The translations under genes and the position numbers were made by a program. A DNA stretch of 64,000 nt from Nitrososphaeraceae archaeon (lineage in GTDB: Archaea > Thermoproteota > Nitrososphaeria > Nitrososphaerales > Nitrososphaeraceae): the NCBI GenBank assembly GCA_050043595.1, contig JBNAIF010000127.1, forward strand, positions 43 to 64,042, in the 5' to 3' direction. Shown piece by piece: positions 1 to 9,513 of the stretch. Position 1 is the stretch's first letter, and each line of letters starts with the position of its first letter. The notes beneath the pieces were generated by a model. It did no database searches and was not told the origin of the DNA. It was given only the letters and a program-made list of their open reading frames with translations.

Positions 1-2
1 AA

Positions 3-266
3 GAATCATTTGAAGAATATGTAAATACAAAAAATAATGAAAAATTGATAAATGATATTCAAAATTATATTGATCATGTTTCAAGCCATTTAATGAAAGA
101 AAATTTTAGATTATTTGTTATGGCAGACATGATATTAAAAAATCAATCTGGAGAAATTGCTGAAGAAATGAAATTAGTTGAAAAGAAAAAATTAAAAGAA
201 ATAGGGAATGACAGGGAACATTATGAACATATTGTTACTAGTATAGAATCAAAACTAAAAAAATAA
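3..266 (+). CDS. hypothetical protein, 5'-truncated by the window edge
   Basis: The frame of track ORF 45..266 stays open back to position 3 (ESFEEYVNTKNNEKLIND...). Charged and helical; no motif recognised. Confidence 0.6.
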   Translation, partial: ESFEEYVNTKNNEKLINDIQNYIDHVSSHLMKENFRLFVMADMILKNQSGEIAEEMKLVEKKKLKEIGNDREHYEHIVTSIESKLKK

Positions 267-312
267 ATAATTTGAAAATAAATTTGTGGTCGTTGTTATC
301 TATTATTATTGA

Positions 313-1503
313 TTAACCTGCAGAAGAATGTTGATATATTAGAGTATCTGGATGAAATGCTACCCATTCAAACCAGAATCCTTGATCATAAGGTAATCTG
401 GATAACTCTGTTCCTTTCAAAGGACCATTAACGGATATGCCTTCAAAATTCCATTCACTTTTTGTTTCTATGTCTACAGCTAATTTCTTAGCTTCATCAT
501 ACTCAAAAGTTAATACAGTATCATTAACAACAGGATCAAATGCTCTTGTCATAAATGGATAAAATGAAAATAAAGTTATAGATTTATTGCTTACTTGGTC
601 ATTTATAATATTATTATTTTCTATATCTTGTAATTTGTATGCTTTGTAAATATCTTCAAAATTAAATCCAACAATTATCTCTTTCAACCCTAACCTATCG
701 TCATTATTAGAAACTGGGAAGAGAACAGTACTGCTGGTATAATAATTCCCATAAGGATCTGCACCATATGGTCTAGCTGAGCCTGTGTCTCTAGATAATA
801 TTTTACTTTCGGGGTAAAGCTCTTTCCATTCCTTCCAATAAGATATATCGAAAGGTATACGTTCCAGTTTTTCTCCTGCATAATTTCCAACTATACTTTG
901 GCCTAATGCTTGACTCCACAAAGAATCGCTTGTTCTATCATACATCACAAGATTGCTATTATACAATTTACCAGAAGTACCAAATTCGACAATATTACCA
1001 TCAGCTAATGTTCTTTCGAAAACTTGATTTGTAAAACACAATGGACAATATGTAATTGCTACTGGAACATCTCCAACTACATCATTAACAATTTCATGCC
1101 ATACCAGTATTTGTAGTGGATAGGCTCTAATATCACCATTAATATTCAATCCTAAAACAAATTCCGAATCTTCTATGTATTTATCCGCCTCTTCAATATC
1201 CAAGAATTTAGGATTATCTATTGATGGGATTCCGTCAGCTGGAGGACCACCACTAACTATTTGATCTAAGGGGACTGTATGTTTAGTACCACTGTCGTCA
1301 TGTGATATAGTTTGAAGAATTGATGATGGTGATGTTGCTATTGCAGAAGAGATAGGATAATTTTGTGAATCTTTTAAAAATAGATTGAAAAAATTTGAAG
1401 TCATCGATAATGTAATAGTGGATATAATAATTATACCAATTATACTACTAAGCAGTAAAATATTTTTGTTTGAAAAATTATTAGATGAATTTATTTTCTT
1501 CAT
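313..1503 (-). CDS. DUF3179 family protein with N-terminal membrane anchor and CxxC motif
   Basis: Family-like motifs GGPPADGIPSIDNPKF, WHEIVND, YCPLC, FGTSGKLYNSNLVMYDRTSDSLWSQ and FWFEWVAFHPDT; hydrophobic N-terminal helix. Confidence 0.85.
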   Translation of the reverse strand: MKKINSSNNFSNKNILLLSSIIGIIIISTITLSMTSNFFNLFLKDSQNYPISSAIATSPSSILQTISHDDSGTKHTVPLDQIVSGGPPADGIPSIDNPKFLDIEEADKYIEDSEFVLGLNINGDIRAYPLQILVWHEIVNDVVGDVPVAITYCPLCFTNQVFERTLADGNIVEFGTSGKLYNSNLVMYDRTSDSLWSQALGQSIVGNYAGEKLERIPFDISYWKEWKELYPESKILSRDTGSARPYGADPYGNYYTSSTVLFPVSNNDDRLGLKEIIVGFNFEDIYKAYKLQDIENNNIINDQVSNKSITLFSFYPFMTRAFDPVVNDTVLTFEYDEAKKLAVDIETKSEWNFEGISVNGPLKGTELSRLPYDQGFWFEWVAFHPDTLIYQHSSAG

Positions 1504-1520
1504 TTTACATCTCCTTTATT

Positions 1521-2084
1521 CTATTGTGATCTAGAATTAGAAACTTGTGTTTCTGTTACCTGTTTTTTTTGTTGCTTTAATTCTTTCTTAAGTCTTAGCA
1601 CTGATATACCAGTAAACACACTTACAATAACAAGACCTAGATATGATAATAATTCGGAATATTGAATCATTATAACAGAAACGCCGCTTCCAAATACAGA
1701 AGGTAAAAATGATAATACGAATAACCAACTTCCACAACATCCTAAAGGTACTAGAGAAAAAAATGAAAAGAAAGAACTTAAGGCGGTACTTCCTCCATTT
1801 CCAGCACGAGAACTTAAAAATCCTTTTTTACCTTTCTTTGGAATTTTGCAACCCAAAGATTTGCTGTAACTTGAAACAAATGTTTGTATTCCTATGCCTA
1901 TTGCTAATCCAATAATAATAATAGAATTTACTTGAAATGCTGCGTTTATTGCAGTATCAGCAGGAAGATTTGGAGTTGTAAAAACAACTACTGAGAGATA
2001 TACAATCATGGTAATGATTCCCATTACAATTCCTTTTAAAATAGAACGTTTAGTTATGTAGCTTAGATTATTTTTAATTAACAC
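1521..2084 (-). CDS. integral membrane protein (about 4 TM) with a Cys-Cys motif, possibly metal or thiol handling
   Basis: Four hydrophobic segments, a cytoplasmic loop with GCK, and PLGCCGSW inside a membrane segment. Confidence 0.7.
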   Translation of the reverse strand: MLIKNNLSYITKRSILKGIVMGIITMIVYLSVVVFTTPNLPADTAINAAFQVNSIIIIGLAIGIGIQTFVSSYSKSLGCKIPKKGKKGFLSSRAGNGGSTALSSFFSFFSLVPLGCCGSWLFVLSFLPSVFGSGVSVIMIQYSELLSYLGLVIVSVFTGISVLRLKKELKQQKKQVTETQVSNSRSQ

Positions 2085-2174
2085 AATATAACTATAACCT
2101 TCTTTTATTTAACATGATATTTAAATCGTTAAAAAATAAGTTGAATATTTAAAGTAATTATAAAATTAAGTCAA

Positions 2175-2274
2175 TGTTTAGTAATATTGCTATATAAAAA
2201 AAGTATTATCAAAAAAAGAAAAATTGTTTAGTAATATTGCTATATAAAAAAAGTATTATCAAAAAAAGAAAAAA
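2175..2274. repeat. 50-bp direct tandem duplication (2 copies)
   Basis: TGTTTAGTAATATTGCTATATAAAAAAAGTATTATCAAAAAAAGAAAAA(T/A) at 2175-2224 and 2225-2274; the copies differ only at the last base. Confidence 0.95.
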
Positions 2275-2282
2275 AATGTTGT

Positions 2283-3371
2283 TTAAAATTTAGAAGACTT
2301 GTGTTCTTGAACTGTGCTTTGATCAAAGAATGGACAATTAACTACATGTTTTCCTTCCATTGCTGGAACAACATTAATTAATTCATTGCTTTGTGCAGAA
2401 TTTATGTCCACTAATGTTTCAAGTAATCTAGCATCTGAAGGATTTTGCCATTCAGACATGAAAATCTTCCACATTGGACTGTAATTTTCATCTGTGGGAC
2501 CTGCGACAGAAATACCAGGTTGGAATCCAAGAGGACCAGTTCCATTTATACCATTCTTAAATTGGAATAAATCAACAGCAACTGGAGTAGAAGCTAATTT
2601 CTCATTTGAAGGTGCATATACTACACCCATCATATTAGCTGGCATTTCTGGAACTGCATCAGTAACGATATAATATATTGTGTTACCGGTAGGTCCCCAT
2701 CCTCTATGTGCTACAAAGGTTACAACCATGTTTTCTGTATCGATCTCAAGAACTTGACCTCCACCGTATTCACTATCATCAGTTATGTTGGTATCTTCTT
2801 TAATAACTAAAGATCCTCCTTCCCATTGAACAGCAGGTTTATTGACTATGATCTCTGTTTGTTCAATAGCTACATCACCAGCTTCTTCAGCTGAAATAAT
2901 TTCGTCAACTGATTTTAATTCGGTAGCTTTGCCCTCATCGGTCCATTCTACAAAATTCACTTGATATAATGGACTGTATACATCATCGCCTGGTTTTGAA
3001 CTAAGAACTCCAATTTGAAAACCTAAAAGCCCATCACCTTCTACACCATTCGTGAAAGCATATGCTTGACCACGAACATCATCAGGTGTTTGTGCTAATA
3101 CAGGAGCAGTGTTTACTGGAAAGTTTGAGAATTCAGTAATTTGTTGAGCAGTTTCGGCATCAGAAACGTCAGTTACTACATAATATATGTCATTGCCATT
3201 TTCATATCCCTTAAACAATGGAATATCAATGGGTACGTTTGCAGCTGCCAGTTTTAATAATGAACCTGGTTCTGCCTCGGCGGTTATTGGTTTTAATGTT
3301 GCAGGAGTTGCAACAATCATTCCTACCATGAAAATAGTGGCTAGAAATGATGAACTGATTAATTTGTTCAT
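2283..3371 (-). CDS. secreted protein with two internal repeat domains (DUF7482-like)
   Basis: N-terminal signal-like helix. Two homologous halves: IYYVVTDV..GFQ..PGDDVYSPLYQV..VNKP and IYYIVTDA..GFQ..PTDENYSPMWKI..VNCP. Confidence 0.75.
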   Translation of the reverse strand: MNKLISSSFLATIFMVGMIVATPATLKPITAEAEPGSLLKLAAANVPIDIPLFKGYENGNDIYYVVTDVSDAETAQQITEFSNFPVNTAPVLAQTPDDVRGQAYAFTNGVEGDGLLGFQIGVLSSKPGDDVYSPLYQVNFVEWTDEGKATELKSVDEIISAEEAGDVAIEQTEIIVNKPAVQWEGGSLVIKEDTNITDDSEYGGGQVLEIDTENMVVTFVAHRGWGPTGNTIYYIVTDAVPEMPANMMGVVYAPSNEKLASTPVAVDLFQFKNGINGTGPLGFQPGISVAGPTDENYSPMWKIFMSEWQNPSDARLLETLVDINSAQSNELINVVPAMEGKHVVNCPFFDQSTVQEHKSSKF

Positions 3372-3459
3372 GAAAGCGTATGTAAATAGTATGTATTTAT
3401 ATTATTCCTATAAGTTTGTAATTGAATATTGAATAGTTTAAGTTTTCTTTGTTTTATTT

Positions 3460-3687
3460 CTATTCAAAATTTGTATACCCAAGTTTTTTGATATATTCGC
3501 GAAAATTTTGATCAGTATTAGCTTTTTCCGCAAAACTAATACCACCATTAATTAAATTATTATCAAGTTCACTTTTCTTCTTTATCCAAACAATATTTCC
3601 ATCCAGATCGACTTCTATTAATTTAGATCTTTCTAGATAACGAAAAATAGTATTGATTAATACTGGTTCTAGTTTATGTCTCAACAA
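3460..3687 (-). CDS. small winged-helix-like protein; true 5' end uncertain (frame open to about 3862)
   Basis: LQKLLRHKLEPVLINTIFRYLERSKLIEVDLDGNIVW resembles a wHTH recognition helix plus wing. The upstream frame is open but has no ATG/GTG/TTG. Confidence 0.55.
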   Translation of the reverse strand: MLRHKLEPVLINTIFRYLERSKLIEVDLDGNIVWIKKKSELDNNLINGGISFAEKANTDQNFREYIKKLGYTNFE

Positions 3688-3912
3688 TTTTTGTAAATCT
3701 CTTACCTTGACGAAATCTTTTTGATCTATGATTACAGAAAGAAATAGATCTAGATTATCTTGACTAAATTCATTTCGTGGTATAGGTTTATTTTTTTTTG
3801 ATTTCCTGTTATAATTTACTTTTTTTCTTTTTTTGATGATATTACTAATATCATCAAGTTTTTATTATTTTCTATTATTTTACAATACTAACAAAAATAT
3901 TGAACAGTATAA

Positions 3913-4347
3913 TTATTCACCTATTACTTTTATAAGAATTCGTTTTGGTCTTTGACCATCGAATTCACCATAGAAGATTTGCTCCCAAGGACCAAAATCA
4001 AGATTGCCGTTAGTAATTGCTACAATTGTTTCTCTGCCCATAACCTGACGTTTAAGATGAGCATCTGCATTATCCTCACCAGTGTCATTATGTCGATATT
4101 TGTCTATCGGTTCATGTGGCGCTAATTTTTCAAGCCATTGTTCAAAATCATAATGTAAGCCACTTTCATTATCGTTAATAAAAACGCTAGATGTTATATG
4201 CATGGCATTAACCAGACATATTCCTTCTTTTATTTCACTCTCTTGGACAATTTGTCGAACTTGTGATGTTATGTTAATAAATTCAAATTTATTTTTGGTT
4301 TTAAAGGTAATGTAGCTAGTTTTATATTTCATATAAATATTGTTCAA
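3913..4347 (-). CDS. YjbQ/UPF0047 family (secondary thiamine-phosphate synthase-like) protein
   Basis: Motifs [47 protein letters not shown]. Confidence 0.92.
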   Translation of the reverse strand: MNNIYMKYKTSYITFKTKNKFEFINITSQVRQIVQESEIKEGICLVNAMHITSSVFINDNESGLHYDFEQWLEKLAPHEPIDKYRHNDTGEDNADAHLKRQVMGRETIVAITNGNLDFGPWEQIFYGEFDGQRPKRILIKVIGE

Positions 4348-4644
4348 TCATATATTATACACCTAAGTATATATTAGTTCAATTTGTTTATGTATAAAAT
4401 TTATTTATTTATTTAATTAACACAATTGATAATTAATTAAAAAATAATTAAAACAATATAAAATTATTTAATATATAATATTTACACAGATTAAGCTTTG
4501 ATATTCAGATTTTATTGAATATTGAATGTAATACAAAATATCAAAATATTAAATTATTGAAATTTGATATATCATATCATTATTAATTAGGTTAATTTTG
4601 TAGATATTATTTCATCATAAAATTAAAAAAAATATAAACTAAAT

Positions 4645-4863
4645 TTATTTTAATATCTCTATAATTTTTTTCCGAGATTTTGTGCCAGAAATAAAATATA
4701 TACATTCAGAAGAAATACTAAAGAAAGTAGATAATTTTTTAATTAATTCTCGATTAGCTTTTCCAAATTCAGGTTTAGATTTTAATGGAACATGAAGTTC
4801 ATTGTCATTTAGTAATTTAATTTCATCAGAAGAATTAAAAATAATGGTAACATAATATCTCAT
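4645..4863 (-). CDS. DUF167 (YggU) family protein
   Basis: PEFGKANRELIKKLSTFF..ISGTKSRKKIIEI signature. Confidence 0.85.
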   Translation of the reverse strand: MRYYVTIIFNSSDEIKLLNDNELHVPLKSKPEFGKANRELIKKLSTFFSISSECIYFISGTKSRKKIIEILK

Positions 4864-4981
4864 TTGATAATGAACATATATCTTATTTATTAAAAACTAT
4901 ATCAATAAATAAATTTGTCATATTGATTGAATTTTTATATCCCTAGGCTATAAAAAAAATAGATACAAACTGCAAAAAAGA

Positions 4982-5584
4982 ATGATTTTACAAGTATATA
5001 ATGATATTAAACCAAAAAATTGGTTATCAAAATATCAAGAAAAATCCATATTATATCTTGTAATAATGTTTTTATTTTATCATGGTATTGGTATAATTTC
5101 ACTATTAATAGGGACATTAATTGTACAAAATGTTATTACAGACTATGAAGAACCAGTTATTGAACGTTCAGTTATACAAGTATTAGCCGCAGGTCCTATT
5201 GAAGAAACATTATTTTTTGGAATACCATTTTATGCATTTGGAAGTACGATATTGACTTTATTTGGTGGTATAGCATGGGCTATGCTTCATATTTTAGGTA
5301 CAAATTCACTGGAGGTAAGCCAACTAAATTATGCAAATTTGTTCTTTGTAATTCCTTCTTTATTCTTTAGTTTAAGAACATGGATAACAGGAAAAGGTTG
5401 GTTTGCAATAATTGCACATTCAGTATGGAATAGTATTTTTTTTACATTAGGTTGCAATTCAGGAGAATTTCCTTGTTCCTATTATATCAAAAATGAAGAC
5501 ATATCTACAATAATATTATCAATATTATTGATAGGTGCAACATATGTATTGATGGTTAGGAGAAATAATAAAATAATAAAATGA
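4982..5584 (+). CDS. CPBP family (CAAX/Abi-type) intramembrane metalloprotease
   Basis: AGPIEETLFF (EE motif), WAMLH, AHSVWN motifs; multiple TM helices. Confidence 0.85.
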   Translation: MILQVYNDIKPKNWLSKYQEKSILYLVIMFLFYHGIGIISLLIGTLIVQNVITDYEEPVIERSVIQVLAAGPIEETLFFGIPFYAFGSTILTLFGGIAWAMLHILGTNSLEVSQLNYANLFFVIPSLFFSLRTWITGKGWFAIIAHSVWNSIFFTLGCNSGEFPCSYYIKNEDISTIILSILLIGATYVLMVRRNNKIIK

Positions 5585-5599
5585 AAAATAATGACTAAA

Positions 5600-6151
5600 T
5601 TAACTATATAAGGAATATCGTTTCCTTAGATTAGATCTCATTTTTGATGATAATTTTTCAGAAATTACATTTTGACTGCGATCTATTTTAGATAAATTCT
5701 TTTCAGTAAAAATAAAAGGACCGTAGAGATAATTATGACCTTTGGTAGGTTTTACTGGTTTTATAGAAGATAAAAGTGTATTAAGATGATTATTAACATC
5801 TACTTCTTTTAAAGAAGTATTTTGTTGCTCATCAGAAAGTTGCTTGAGAAATTTCATTATAGTATTTTGCTCAAGTTTTCGATATCCAAATGGAGTAACA
5901 TTACTCTTATTATTCAATCTTTTTTCAAATTTAGAATAATCACTATCAATTTTTGTTCCCATAACAATAGGAGTAGGTTTATAGATAGAATCGATCTTTA
6001 ATTGCCACATCTCGTTAGAATTAGAAACAATTGCATCAAAAAAAGAATCACGTATAGGAGTAGTAGATATTAGAAAATTCCAACCACGTGGATTTGAAGA
6101 ATATTTTTTAAATAGATGTTTAGCTAATATAGCATCGCTAAGTATTTCCAC
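5600..6151 (-). CDS. hypothetical protein
   Basis: 183-aa ORF with protein-like composition filling the gap between genes; no motif recognised. Confidence 0.7.
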   Translation of the reverse strand: MEILSDAILAKHLFKKYSSNPRGWNFLISTTPIRDSFFDAIVSNSNEMWQLKIDSIYKPTPIVMGTKIDSDYSKFEKRLNNKSNVTPFGYRKLEQNTIMKFLKQLSDEQQNTSLKEVDVNNHLNTLLSSIKPVKPTKGHNYLYGPFIFTEKNLSKIDRSQNVISEKLSSKMRSNLRKRYSLYS

Positions 6152-6218
6152 AAATATACTAAGAGAAAATGACTATATATAATATTTTAATTAAAATAAT
6201 TAAAAATTAGAATGAATT

Positions 6219-6527
6219 TTATATATCTACATAAATTGTATCATTTTCTACGATCACATTATATGTATCAGCAGGTTTTAGATTTTGAGGAAACCATATA
6301 AGTTTTCCATTAGTTACATCCCATTTTGCTCCATGCCATGGACATTTCAATTCTTGACCAGATAGCTCTCCTTCATGTAGTTCAGCTCCAGCATGATTAC
6401 AGATATCCCCTATTGCATAATACTTTCCATCTACATTAGCAACTAAAATTTGTTTTCCTCCAGCAATTATGTTTGTAATTTTGCCTTCTGAAAGATCTGA
6501 TTTTTTTCCAACTAAGAATTTTGCCAT
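6219..6527 (-). CDS. Rieske [2Fe-2S] ferredoxin
   Basis: CNH...CPWH Rieske ligand boxes. Confidence 0.95.
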   Translation of the reverse strand: MAKFLVGKKSDLSEGKITNIIAGGKQILVANVDGKYYAIGDICNHAGAELHEGELSGQELKCPWHGAKWDVTNGKLIWFPQNLKPADTYNVIVENDTIYVDI

Positions 6528-6620
6528 TCTTTCTTTAAGTAATACATAAGTATATTTTAGATTTTCTTAATTGAATAATAAAAAATTATAATAATAATAA
6601 GAATAATAATAAATGAAAAA

Positions 6621-6959
6621 ATGAAATTTGGTTTATATGATGATACAAGAAATATTCCTTTTGATATTCATTTAGAAAATCTAAACAAACCTAGTCAACT
6701 ACAATTATTAGAACTGCGAAAGTTTGTAAAATCTCTTGGTGATGATGTAGTAGAAGACATAAGACCGCACAGAATTGTTTATGCAAAAAAAATTGTGTTT
6801 CGTTCATTTCTAGATATTAAACCAGATAAAAATAATGAAATTATATTATCATTACGAAGTGATAGAAAAAACCCATCAAAAATATACAAAGTAAACAATA
6901 ATTCTAATATTAATGAAATAAAAAATGAAATTAGTAATGCATACAAAAAAATTAATTAA
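6621..6959 (+). CDS. DUF5655-like domain protein
   Basis: LRKFVKSLGDDVVEDIRPHRIVY..F.DIKP pattern typical of this small domain. Confidence 0.6.
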   Translation: MKFGLYDDTRNIPFDIHLENLNKPSQLQLLELRKFVKSLGDDVVEDIRPHRIVYAKKIVFRSFLDIKPDKNNEIILSLRSDRKNPSKIYKVNNNSNINEIKNEISNAYKKIN

Positions 6960-6986
6960 AAATCTTATGATAAGAAGAATCTAGAT

Positions 6987-7310
6987 TTATAAAATTTTAA
7001 AATCACTGAATTTGCCAGTATACGTGTTATCATCTTGGATTATCTGTACGTTATCTACTCTGCCTTGCGGTGGACCTATATGGCACCACTCTACAACATT
7101 ATATACATTTGATTTAGTACCTTCTAATATACATTCTACATTACCATTATCCAAGTTTTTTACCCATCCTCTTACATGATTATCAATAGATGTTTCTTGT
7201 GTGTGTTTTCGAAAATAAACACCTTGTACTTTTCCTGATATAATCAGATGAACACGTACTAATTCAGAAGAATCATCTGCTTTCTCTTTAGTAGTAGGCA
7301 TTATATTCAT
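6987..7310 (-). CDS. acyP: acylphosphatase
   Basis: GKVQGVYFR and GWVKN catalytic motifs. Start moved from the track's 7430 to ATG 7310 (alternative 7301), because the extra N-terminus is AT-rich intergenic-like sequence. Confidence 0.92.
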   Translation of the reverse strand: MNIMPTTKEKADDSSELVRVHLIISGKVQGVYFRKHTQETSIDNHVRGWVKNLDNGNVECILEGTKSNVYNVVEWCHIGPPQGRVDNVQIIQDDNTYTGKFSDFKIL

Positions 7311-7747
7311 AATGTAAAAAAAAGGTGTTATAATTATAACTAAATTATTGAAAAATAATATGTTAACGAAAAGTGTAAAAAATCTCACTATAAAACAGAT
7401 AAGAAATGTTGTAATAAGATACTGGTTCAATATATCATCATAAAATAGATATTTTTTATAATATTCTTTATAATGTCACATAAAAAAATAAACTATATTT
7501 TAAAATTTTTGTTTAAAGGTCAAGCCTTTAGACTTTGGAATTATTAATAATTTTTGATAGATAAATTATATTTTTATGCCATTATAATTTGAAAATAATA
7601 ATCAACATCATTAAAAAATAGTGTATAGTGAATGTTTTCAATGTATTTCAATTATTTCATATAAATTCTTAATTTACTAGTCTATTTTGGAATATTATTA
7701 GCACAAAGTTAAAATCACCTAGTATAGTGGTTCTTTATAGAATAATT

Positions 7748-8479
7748 TTGGGTAAACGACCGTTAGTACGAAGAAGGGGACGTGGAGGAAAACAATTTAG
7801 AGCTACACAGACCGGTAAAATAACTCCAGCAAGATATCCAAATTTTAAATTGGATGAAAAATATTCTGGTTCAGTTGTTGACATAATTCATGAAAGAGGT
7901 AGAGACGCACCATTAGCTAAAGTTAAATTTGATAATAACATTGTTTCATATATTCCTGCAGTAGATGGAATAGCTGTAGGTAATAATATTGAATCAGGAC
8001 CTGGTGTTAATATAAGTAATAATAATATTTTACCTTTAGCATCAATCCCAGATGGAACTGTTATCTGTAATATCGAGAAAAATTTTGGAGATGGTGGCAA
8101 GTTGATTAAATCTGCAGGATCATCAGCAATTGTTTTTTCTCATTCTGTTGAAGGAGTAACTGTAAAATTTCCGTCAGGAAAATTTCTGACAATCAATGAA
8201 AAATGCAGAGCTATGATAGGCATTATAGCTGGATCTGGAAGGAAGGAAAAACCGTTTTTAAAAGCAGGAAATAAACACAAGTATATGAAGTCACATGGTA
8301 AAAAATATCCACATGTGAGGGGAGTTGCACAAGCAGCAGTTTATCATCCTCATGGTGGTGGAAGACATCAACACGTTGGACGCCAATCATCAGTAGGACG
8401 AGATGCACCTCCTGGAAGAAAAGTTGGTGTTATAGCTCCTAGAAAAACTGGTCGTGGCAGATTAAAAGAACGATCGTAA
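7748..8479 (+). CDS. rpl2: 50S ribosomal protein L2 (uL2)
   Basis: MGKRPLVRRRGRGG (TTG start at 7748), HERGRDAPLA, VRGVAQAAVYHPHGGGRHQH. Confidence 0.98.
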   Translation: MGKRPLVRRRGRGGKQFRATQTGKITPARYPNFKLDEKYSGSVVDIIHERGRDAPLAKVKFDNNIVSYIPAVDGIAVGNNIESGPGVNISNNNILPLASIPDGTVICNIEKNFGDGGKLIKSAGSSAIVFSHSVEGVTVKFPSGKFLTINEKCRAMIGIIAGSGRKEKPFLKAGNKHKYMKSHGKKYPHVRGVAQAAVYHPHGGGRHQHVGRQSSVGRDAPPGRKVGVIAPRKTGRGRLKERS

Positions 8480-8550
8480 TAAAATTAATTTATTTTTTTT
8501 GTTATTATACTATAATATTAAAAGTCATCTACTAATTATGGATAAATAAA

Positions 8551-9513
8551 TTAATTTTTTTCAGTCATTAATAAATATAACAAAGCTTTTTGAACATGTA
8601 ATCTATTTTCTGCTTCAGACCATACCACTGACTGTTTTCCATCTATTATTTCAGATGTTACCTCTTGACCACGCTTTGCTGGCAAACAATGCATAAAAAT
8701 GGCATCTTCTTTTGCAAATTTAATTAAATCCAAATTAACTTGATATTTTGGCAGAAAAATTTTTTCTCTTATTGATCTTTCATGATCTTTTCCTAAAGAA
8801 ACAAAAGTATCAGTTACAATAATATCTGCATTCTTTACGGCATCATTAGGAGAGTTTGTTATAGATATATTAGATCCTGTTTTGATCCCTTCTTTCTTAG
8901 CTAGTTTAACTATCCAATCAAGAGGTTCATATCCACTCGGAGAAGCTGCAATCATATTTATCCCAGTTTTTGCACAACCCAATAAAAGATCATTACATAC
9001 ATTGAAACCATCACCTATCCAAGCAAGCTTTAATCCATCAAACTGTTTTTTATATTCTTGTATAGTTAAAAGATCGGCAAGAATTTGACAAGGATGAAAC
9101 ATATCAGATAGACCATTTATCACTGGAATTGTAGAATTAAAGGCTAAGGATTGGATATCTTTATGATCATAAACCCTTGCCATTAAACAATCTAAATATA
9201 AAGATAAAGTTTTAGCAGTATCTTCAATAGATTCACCACGGGATAACTGTAAATCATTCATTCCTAAATATACAGTATTTCCGCCTAACTGTAACATTCC
9301 AGTTTCAAAACTCACTCGAGTTCGTGTAGACGGTTTTTGAAATATCATTCCTAGTATTTTACCATCTAATAGACTTTTATTACTGGATAATGTACTTCTT
9401 AATTCTTGTTTTAATTTTTTAGCTAGATTTAGTATTATATTTATCTCATCATAATCCAGATCTTGTAAACTAAGAATATTTTTATTCTTTAAGGAGTTCA
9501 TCGATATCTTCAT
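8551..9513 (-). CDS. argF: ornithine carbamoyltransferase
   Basis: STRTRVSF, HPCQILAD and FMHCLP motifs. Overlaps the ftsY stop; alternative ATG at 9501. Confidence 0.97.
   Translation of the reverse strand: MKISMNSLKNKNILSLQDLDYDEINIILNLAKKLKQELRSTLSSNKSLLDGKILGMIFQKPSTRTRVSFETGMLQLGGNTVYLGMNDLQLSRGESIEDTAKTLSLYLDCLMARVYDHKDIQSLAFNSTIPVINGLSDMFHPCQILADLLTIQEYKKQFDGLKLAWIGDGFNVCNDLLLGCAKTGINMIAASPSGYEPLDWIVKLAKKEGIKTGSNISITNSPNDAVKNADIIVTDTFVSLGKDHERSIREKIFLPKYQVNLDLIKFAKEDAIFMHCLPAKRGQEVTSEIIDGKQSVVWSEAENRLHVQKALLYLLMTEKN

Noticed and set aside
313-1503. Possible selenocysteine in the DUF3179 protein
   Set aside because: The motif is CPLC with ordinary Cys codons, and there is no in-frame TGA in the ORF.
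2175-2274. CRISPR array interpretation of the direct repeats
   Set aside because: The copies are directly adjacent with no spacers, there are only two, and there are no cas genes.
4348-4644. About 300-bp extremely AT-rich spacer considered as a replication origin or DNA unwinding element
   Set aside because: No ORB-like repeats and no cdc6/orc1 gene nearby; a similar spacer occurs at 43939-44186.
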